DNA of 31,120 nt from a virus (lineage: Duplodnaviria; Caudoviricetes): the IMG/VR virus record IMGVR_UViG_3300016478_000125, positions 1-31,120 of that record; one strand, written 5' to 3'. A program made the translations under genes and the position numbers. Positions 1-9,000 of the stretch are shown piece by piece (position 1 is the first letter of the stretch; each line of letters begins with the position of its first letter). A model generated the notes under the pieces. The model did not search any database. It saw only the letters and a list, made by a program, of their open reading frames with translations, and had not been told where the DNA came from.

Positions 1-3000
1 TCATCCAGATACTGGAGTAGACGAGGCAATGGAATGTCATAGTTCACGAAAGACTCTGACGCATTGAACAAGGCTTGTTCTTTGCTTAGTGGGTTACGCT
101 TGCGGGTTGTTTCGTGCCTGTAGAGTGCGTAACGTCCTACAAAGTCCGAGTACTGCGTGCTCTTATGTAAAAACTTGTACAGCGTGGTGTCATGAGTCAT
201 GTAAAGCACTCGACCTGCTCCCACCACAGAAGGATTCAGGTTATGAACCTTTTCGTCAATCCAGTGGGCAAACTGACTCTTGTACGAGTAAGTATCGTCT
301 TCCATCGTGACATCTTCCACAATGGTCGGCAGCAAGCCAGCATCAATTAGTTCCTTGGCTGGGTTGCGGTCAATGGCATCCTGCAAGCGATTGATTTCTG
401 CCACCAAGTCTTCTGTATCCACGGCACCATGCGCCGTGTTCAAACGCAGTTGCAACTGGGCCAAGGCATCCCTATCTCGTTCGTAGTCTATAACCGCATT
501 CAGTGCTTCTTTTTGGTACATGATCACTTCTTTAAATGACAGTCCGTTCATCAGCAGCACACTGAAGTTGGAAGTCATGTTGCCCCAAAGCACCACAGCC
601 GATTTCACCACAATCGTGTCTTTAATCTCACGCACGATTTCTTCCCAGGCATCCTCAAACTTACGTACCTTGGCGTAAGCCTTTCGTTGATAAATACGCT
701 GCTGCACGTGATTCATGCCTTTGCGCATACCATTTAGACGCATGAGCATGTGAACTACATCCACAAATCCTTGTTCCAAGGCTTTGCGGGGGTCTTTGTT
801 GAACGCATCCACAAATCCTTGCTCTAGGGCATTGCGGTGGTCTTTTTTGAACGCATCAGCAATCGTAGCTTTGCGGTAACCAAAGAGAGGTGTCACCATT
901 TCTTTGGGCACCCTCATCCCTGCCATGCCCCACTGAGCTTTCACATCCCGTTTGGTGTTTTTGGGCAAGAGATCCCAGATCTCTTTAAGTTCAGGGTCTT
1001 CGCTGTCTTTGCCAATCAGTACGTAGTTCTGTGGGTTCCTACCAAAGTCTTTGCGATAGTGCCCATGCAAAGCTTCCACCAATTTGGCGTTTTGTTCGCT
1101 GCTGGCTTCTTTGTCGTAAGTACTTGAAGCCAGAACACCTAACAGATGGTCAAAGTCGTTATTGCGTTCCAAAATCTTGTCGCGGTACACCTCTTTCATG
1201 GTGTAACGATAGTCCACCTTCTTGCCTTCTGCGTTCAGCAAGGGCACCAGACGGTTTTGCTCACGACTTGGCTTAAAGCCGGGGTTTGGCTTGAACTGAT
1301 TCAACACAGCTTGCTTTTTGTCTGCGTGGATGGCGTTCATGCTTTGCATGTTCTCCACGCCAATAGGATCATTGGAGTTGAAGTACTTTCCGTGTTTGGT
1401 TTTGCCTTTTGCGTTGGTGCCTGTGGTGCTGAATGCCCCTGATGCCCAACGAGGCAAACCACCACCATTCAGCACATACATGCGTGGAATGCGCTTGTCA
1501 GGATCGTGGGGATCCAGAGCAATAGCCATCTCAAAAACATAGCCTTGTTCTATCAAAGCCTGCGCTTCGTCATCATCCCTAACCACTTCAAACGCGATGT
1601 GTGGGTTGGTAACTTCAGGCAAGTATCCGTGAATCATCAAAGCTTCGCTGTCTTTGAAGATTCGTTCTTTTGCATCATTAATGAGATGACGATGCGTAGC
1701 CAAGACCATCTCGATGCCGTTTTCAGCCCCACGGGCATTTTCAGTACGCATAACATCCAGCAAGGTACTCACCCCCAGAGAGTCTTCTTGCTTGGCGTAC
1801 TGAAGCCCATAGAGCGCAATCAAGCGTTCAATGGTTGGTTGGGCATCTTTAGCGTGAGCAGGTAGCGGGTTGCCGGTGTTGTAAAGCCGTGCAATGTTGT
1901 GGGCATTGAGGTTCTGTTCCTCTACTCCTGCCCATCCCGTTACCTGCTTCCAGGCCAGACCTTTGGCTTGTGCAATGTAGTAATGCACTTCAGGGAAAGA
2001 AGACAACAAACCAATCTCATCCTGAATAGCTTGATCGAGGGCTTTGGAATCTTCCAGCAGTGTTTGAATGCCAGATGGTTTGAACTTGTCCAGCAAGTAA
2101 AAAGCGCCTGTTCTTAGCAAGTGAGCAGATATGGCTTTCTTAGCTGCAGTGGTCAAATAAGATCCACCATCTTTGAAGCCAGACATTACTGCTTTAGACA
2201 CATCCGACATGATGTGCTTGCGCTCGCCTTGAATGTGCGTGGCAATCCGAGACATGGCATTGAGCCACTGGCCAGGGCCTTTTACATAGTTCAACAACTG
2301 CATGGCTTGACCATGCTTGCCTTTGATTTGTGAATTGCGGAATGCGTTGATGCCGTTGGCCACCGCATTCAATCTCATAGCTGCTGTCAAAACCTTACCT
2401 GCCGTCTGCACCGCCAGGAATCGGTTCTCACGTACAAAGTTGCTTTGAGTGGCTTTGACAATGGAGCTACGAACACCATCCACCGAGTCTTTGGCTTTAT
2501 CCCCGAAAGTATCCACGAACTCCAGCAAAGAGTTCTTGGAAGAAATCTTGTCTTTGTTTCGTGCTTCGATCTGTACCAGCTTGCGTACCAAGGCTTCGGT
2601 TCGTGCTCCTGCTGTTTGGCCTGAGTAAGTACCAGTCATCCTGGCACTCAACCAATCCACTGCAGCACGCCACAAGATTTCAAGGCGTTGCATGAACGTC
2701 TTACCACGGGTATCCAGAGAAATCTTGCGTGTGGCAAATTCCAGAGATTGAGCAAAGCCTTCATGTGACAAAGCCAAGGAAACAAACCGAGACATGTAAT
2801 CGGAACGGTTCCCCAATGTCTTCTGAGGTATGAATACAAAGTTGTACAGCTCCGGGGCAATCTGTCCCTTGAGTTGATCACGGGCCTGCAAGTAGACCTT
2901 TTCCAATTCTTTGTAGATCATAGAATTGGCTGCATGTTTGTCTTGCAGCAGTTCATCCATCACGGCTTCGATCTGCTCTGCCACGTAGCCTTCTTGTGCA

Positions 3001-6000
3001 GTGAACTTCACCCCTGCATTCAGTACTTTGCCGTGGAATGGGCGTTCACCACGAGCCATAGCATTGGCCCAAGCGTCCAAAGCAGTACTGCCAACTCGCT
3101 GTTCCATCTCCGCCTTGATTGCACCAAAAGGACCATGGAACGCATTAACCACATCGTTCAGACGTTCTTGAAGCTTCAACACAAAGTCTGAAGACAGACC
3201 AGGACTCATAGCACCCAAGGAAGCAAACACCTGTTCAGTTGTGTATTTTTGAATCTGCTGTGCGTTGGGCTGGTTGTTGTTGTTTCCTGTCGCCATGCTG
3301 TAAATGCGGTTGGCTTCTTCCACCGCACGATCCACCTTCTTGGATTGCTGTTTGCCTGCTTCTCTGTACAAAGCGGCGGTGTTACCCACCAGCGATGCAA
3401 AGCCAGAGACAAAACCTTTCTCAGGCTTGGCCATGTCAGGAAACATCAACTTCACCAGACTGTCAATGAACTTCTTCAAGCCCTCCACTACACGGTTACT
3501 TTGTGTAGTCTCAGGCATTGTGATGCGGTTCAATACTTCCGCCTGGAATTCTGCATTGGACATGCCCCATGCCACAAGCTCATGCACATTAGACAAGGCA
3601 TCATTGAACTTGGTAATTTTGTTAGCTTGTGTGTACTTCTTGGCTTCTTTCAGCAAAGCCTCCAACTCTTGCACGGCCTGCTTCTGTGCTGCAGTAGAGG
3701 GGTTTTCAATCAAGTGCTCGAGGGCTGCATGAACCAACTCATGCACCAACAATTCTGCCGTTAAACCAGAAGCAGCAAATTCAGGACTCAGCACATAAAT
3801 CGTTCCGTTGTTAACCACATACCAGCCACGGGATTCAGTGGTGGGAGAAGCCAGCACTTCATCAGGTGCAGTTTGCGGAGTGACGTACTTGACTTTAATG
3901 TTGTCGCCAAGCACTTTGCTGGTCATTTGCAACAATTTTCCATAGAAAGCTTTTTGTGGGAAGTTGCCTCGTTCTTGCAACACAGACCACAGCTTTTTTA
4001 CTGCTTCCTGTCCAGACATTTCAGGGTTGGCTTCCATCATGGCCACTACATCACTTTCGGGCGCCACAGCAGGAGTGCCCAGCACTCCGAATGGCGTAGA
4101 CTGGGCCGACTGCTGGATGGTGCCTAGGTAATGAGTCAAAGCCGCAATGTCTGCTGCTGTTGCTGCACTGATTTTCAACGCTTTGTCTAAAGCCATTCCA
4201 TGACTTTGCATCAAGCTGTTGACGTCTTCAAGCAAGTTTTTCAGTTGTGTGTTTTCAAGGTTGCTGTTCGCCGCCCGCTTAATCAGTGTGTTTACTTCTG
4301 CATTAGAAGCCTGAAGCACCGATTGCAGTGATTCAAACGCATCCAAGTAAGCCTCAGTATTTACTTGGACATCCAGGTCAGATGCAGGCAAGCCTTCAAA
4401 CATTTGATCAAAAGCCAGTACTGTTTCTGCCAAGCCATCAGGAATATTTATCTCTAACTTATCCAATGCGTCTTTGGCTTCTTGTCGGTCTTTGTCAGTC
4501 ACGGTGTACTGACCTCCTTCAAGGGCGTACTGATCCACGAAAGCCATTTCAGCCAAAGCACCCAAACGAACTTGATCTGCCAGATACGCTTCGGTTTTGG
4601 CATCTTTAAGCTTCATCAGCAAGTACTCTGCAGGAGTGCCTGTAAACACTTCTTCAGGTTTTTTGTACTTGACCTTGGCTTCGTTGTACTGAGCAATCTC
4701 TGCTTCTAGTTGCTTTTTCAATGCAGCACGAACCGAGTTTGGAGTACTCGGATCTGCCAGCAGTTGAGCCATGGTTTTGATCTGGCGCTCTGCCGATTCG
4801 TACATCGCTTGTGCAGGCGAGTACTGCAAAGCCATATCCCACAAAGCTTTGTTCAGATTCTGTGCCACTTGCTGGAAGTTACCCAAACCAGTGACATGAG
4901 CATCATGAATGTTCAGTGCCTCAGACAGCAGTGCAGCCATGTGCGACACAGCACTGTCAAAGCTGTGGATGCTCATCGAAAACGGAGCTACCCCTGGTCC
5001 TTGTTTTACCAAGGTTTGACCACTCACCATCATGGATGCTTGGCCTACATTTGCTTTATTGAACTGCACACGACTGCGGTGGAGATGGTTGTTAGACAGC
5101 TGCTGTTGTGTCTTAGAAATAGACAACCCTGAACCCACATCACGACTCAACTGGGACATAGCTGTGCCAAGCAAAGGACGCAACTTTTTGATGCGCTTTT
5201 CAATTTCTGCTTCTTGTTCCTGGCTTAAATCCCACTTGGGATTGCCTTTGGCATCCACATCCATAACGCCAGACTGCACCAGCTCGTTCAGGTACTCTTG
5301 ACGCATGGATTGATACACAGCGTTGTACATACCAAACAACAAACCTGCAGTCCCGTTGATAGATCGCTTGCGCTCCATCACTGATTCAAACTGAGTCTTC
5401 AGCACTTTTATCGTGGGCTTGCCCATGTGATCGTTAAAGTGCTTTTTCAGCCGATTGATCTGAGCTTCTTTAAACTCCAGGTTCATCAACTCAGAAGAAG
5501 GGATATTGGCTGGAATGGCTTTGTCGCCTTTCAAGCCCATCATGTTGTTCAAGTGCTTCACCAAACCAGAAACATCACGACCTTCTTGGTGGTACTTCTC
5601 AATCTGCTTGAACACTGCTTGAACAAAGTCATCGGCCATGCCATCCACGGCTTTCGATGGAGCAGACCCAAAGTGCAAAGCCGTGATAGGGCGCTTGATG
5701 ATGTTCCGGCCTGCTTTGACTACCTTGCCTTCACCATCTTCCATGGCGCCTGTAAATGCCCAGATTGCTTCAAAATCGGGTGTCTTTGCTTTGGGGCGAA
5801 TGGCGTCCAACACCAACTTAGTGGTGCTTTCATACAAGTCCATCACACCATCAGAACCACGGTAAACGTTGTAGTTTTCAAAGCCAGCCTCTTGCTGGAA
5901 AAAGCCGCCTTTGTTGATCAGTTGGAACAACAAGCCAGGAATAGAAGCAGCCCCCATCAACAGGTTTGTCAACATGGGGCCGTTGGTCACACCATCAACT

Positions 6001-9000
6001 TCACCCACCAGTTCTGTGGTGAAAGTGGCTTTTTTGTCAACGCCCTCGGGCTGCTGTTCCCACATCTTTAAGTCAGCTAGAGCATTTAGTGCATCCAGCG
6101 TCTTCATGTTTTCGCCCCCTTTGGCAACCGCAGAAGCAATTGCTTGCTGTTGCTCTAGGCTAAGTTCTGAACCCCGGTTGCTACGCAGATAAACCAAGGC
6201 GTCTACGCCAGCTTTCACAACGTCGTTATTGACCGTGCTTTCCCACTGTTGTAAAGACTTTTCGTTGCTCTGCTTGTCGGTCTTGACTCCAAAACCCTCC
6301 AATACACGCAGTTTGAAGTTGTCAAAGCTGGTAGAGTTTGTCGGATTGACTTCAGTACGCCAGGTTTCACGGGTCAGCAAGTGACGAGCAATCTTACTGG
6401 TTTGTGGATTAAGCACTGTGTTTTCAATACCAACCCGCTGGTTCTTCCAGGCCACATGCTGCAAGAAGATAGGCAACTCCAAGCCAGCATCAGACCAAGT
6501 AGTTTCAATGAACTCACGGATATTCCAGTAATCTCGCTCCAAGCCATCGTTCTTTGCCTCTTGGCTTCGACGGTTGTTGATGTGCATGGTGTTGTCATCC
6601 ACCACCTTCACCCCAGCTATCTGCAAGAACAGATCAGGAGACATTACTGAAATGATTTCGTACATATTGATACGAAGGAAGTTAGGCTCCTGATTTTTCT
6701 TTTTCAAAGCTTCAGCCAACTTCTTTGGAATTCGGGTAATGCCTTTTTTTACTCGGTTCTGTGCGTAGGGCACCGGCTCCATCGTAGGAAACGTTGCCCT
6801 ATCTTCCACACTGAACAGTTTTTCCAACAAGTTTTGTGATCCTTTGGTGGCATCCAGAACCCAACGAACTTTTTCGTTGACTTCTTTTTGATTGCCTTTT
6901 ACTCTGGCCAAACGCACAAAGTCTTGCTTGGCAAACTCAAAATCGGGGTTAGGTGTTTGTCCCGTCATCGCTACCCACTGTTCTTGAGTAATGGGCGGAT
7001 TATTTTCCAACACATTTTGATCAACCAGTAGCTGCATGGCATAAGTGCCTAGCGTGGCTTCCAGGTTGACCATGAGGTTTTGTGGGGCACTTTTTTTGGC
7101 CTTCAATCCCAAAGCCTCTACCACACGGCGACCCAAAGCATTGGCTGCGGTGGCCCGACGCACACCTACACTGGCCAGCAGTCTTCTTTCTTCAGGGGAA
7201 ACTTCGTGGTTTTCTTCACGCCCCAACAGTTGATTGATAGCTCTGTCATCGTTAAACAGCCCTTGTCTGTAAAAGTCTGACACCCAAGCCATAGCTGCAG
7301 CAGTCATAGCAGTCTTGACGTTTTCGTCAAAATCAATCTGACCATAGGTATTGGCCATCAAGAACTCAGCCACGTTCTTCCACGAATACTCAGTTTTGAG
7401 TTGTGTAGGAAGAAGCTTGGTAATGGCCGCATTCCAGACAGGAGCCAGTTGCAAAAACTTCCTCAGTGTATTCTGCTGTTCTGAAGTCAGGGCATCTTTC
7501 AAATAACTGGATGCTGATTCAGTGCCGGAAACCAGAGAATAAAGAAAGTTCTTGACTTTAACCAGAGGGCGCTGAGTACCTCCCTCACGGCCTGCCCTTT
7601 GAGTGAGTGTGTCCCTGGCAATTGCCAAGTTTTCATCCAAGCTTTCAAACAGACTCAGGCTAGCTGACTCCGACTCCACGGACTGTTCTGTGCTTCCTTC
7701 TGGAGAAGCAGTGCTTTCTGTAATTTCTCCTGCTTCTGTAGTTTCTTGTGCAATCTCTGGAGCTGCTGTTTCTTGCGGGGTATTGGTTGGCTGTGTCTGG
7801 TTAGTTGAAGGCTGACGTGCATTTTTAAGCTTGTTAGCTTGTCTTTGGTTGTATTCGTTCTGCCATTGAGCAAATTCCAATTGCCCATCTGTATCCATCT
7901 GAGACGGAATACCCAATGTTGCTCTAACACCTACTATCCAGCTCTTTTGCTCATGAGGATCCACAAAGGTCAGTCTGCTCTTAACTTCATTAAGAGCTTG
8001 TCGGGCTGTCATTCCTTTGGCAAAGTATCCCTCAATTTCAGCAGTCAGACCTGCATTGTCAGACTGTGTTCTAGCCAACTGGGCATTTTGATTCAACCAA
8101 CCATCAGGATCTTCTCCTACTTGTACACGCGGGATATTGTCATCAGGATTAGCAACAACAGTCGGTGTTACATCGTTTGACTGTGCTTCAGTCGCTGTAG
8201 CAGCTCCTTCATTTGTCCCGATCCCGGACTCTTGGCTGCTTGCTTCAATTCCTCCAGTATCACCAGACGTTGCGTTGGAGTTAGTGGTTGTGTTGTCTTC
8301 TGATAGAGTTGTTGCATTATTTGCACCTTCTGCATTTACTTGGTTGATTTGACTATCCAGCAAAAGCTGGGTATCTGCCATGGCTTGAAGTTCTTGTGAT
8401 ACAGCAGCCACCATTTGCTGACTGCTGCGAGCATCAATCAGGTATTCCCCCTTTTTACGCTTGAAGTTCTTGGTGCCTTCTGGCAGTTCTTTTGACTGCC
8501 ACTCACCACTTTCATCTTTGAAAATGTGGTAAGTACGCCCTGTTTGCTTGGAAGACTCCAAAGCTGCATTCATCGCACCTAGCTTGGCACTATGACTGTC
8601 AATAAAACGAACAAGCCCAGCCATCTCACGGCGAGCCAAGTACTTGTTGCCGTCAGCCAGAAACGAAGCTACGTTTTTTCGATAAGTGGCCAGCCCTTTT
8701 TGTCTTTGCTGAGGATCCCCTTCCATAACTTCTCGGGAAACCTGCTTCATGTTTTTGGCTTGATTCAAAGAAGTTTCAGCGTTGATGTACAGCCGAAAAT
8801 ACTTTATGTCATCTTGACTGAGCTTTCCGCTGTTAAGCAGCGCCTGGGCTTGCTGAGTACTGACCACACCTGGCGAAGCCATGGACAGGATACGTATATT
8901 GCCAACTGCTGGTGCTGCAGCCGCTACATCAGCAGCATCTTTCACAGCTTGTACAGACTCATCCACATTCGTGTTGATCTCTCGCTGACCTGTTTGCTCA

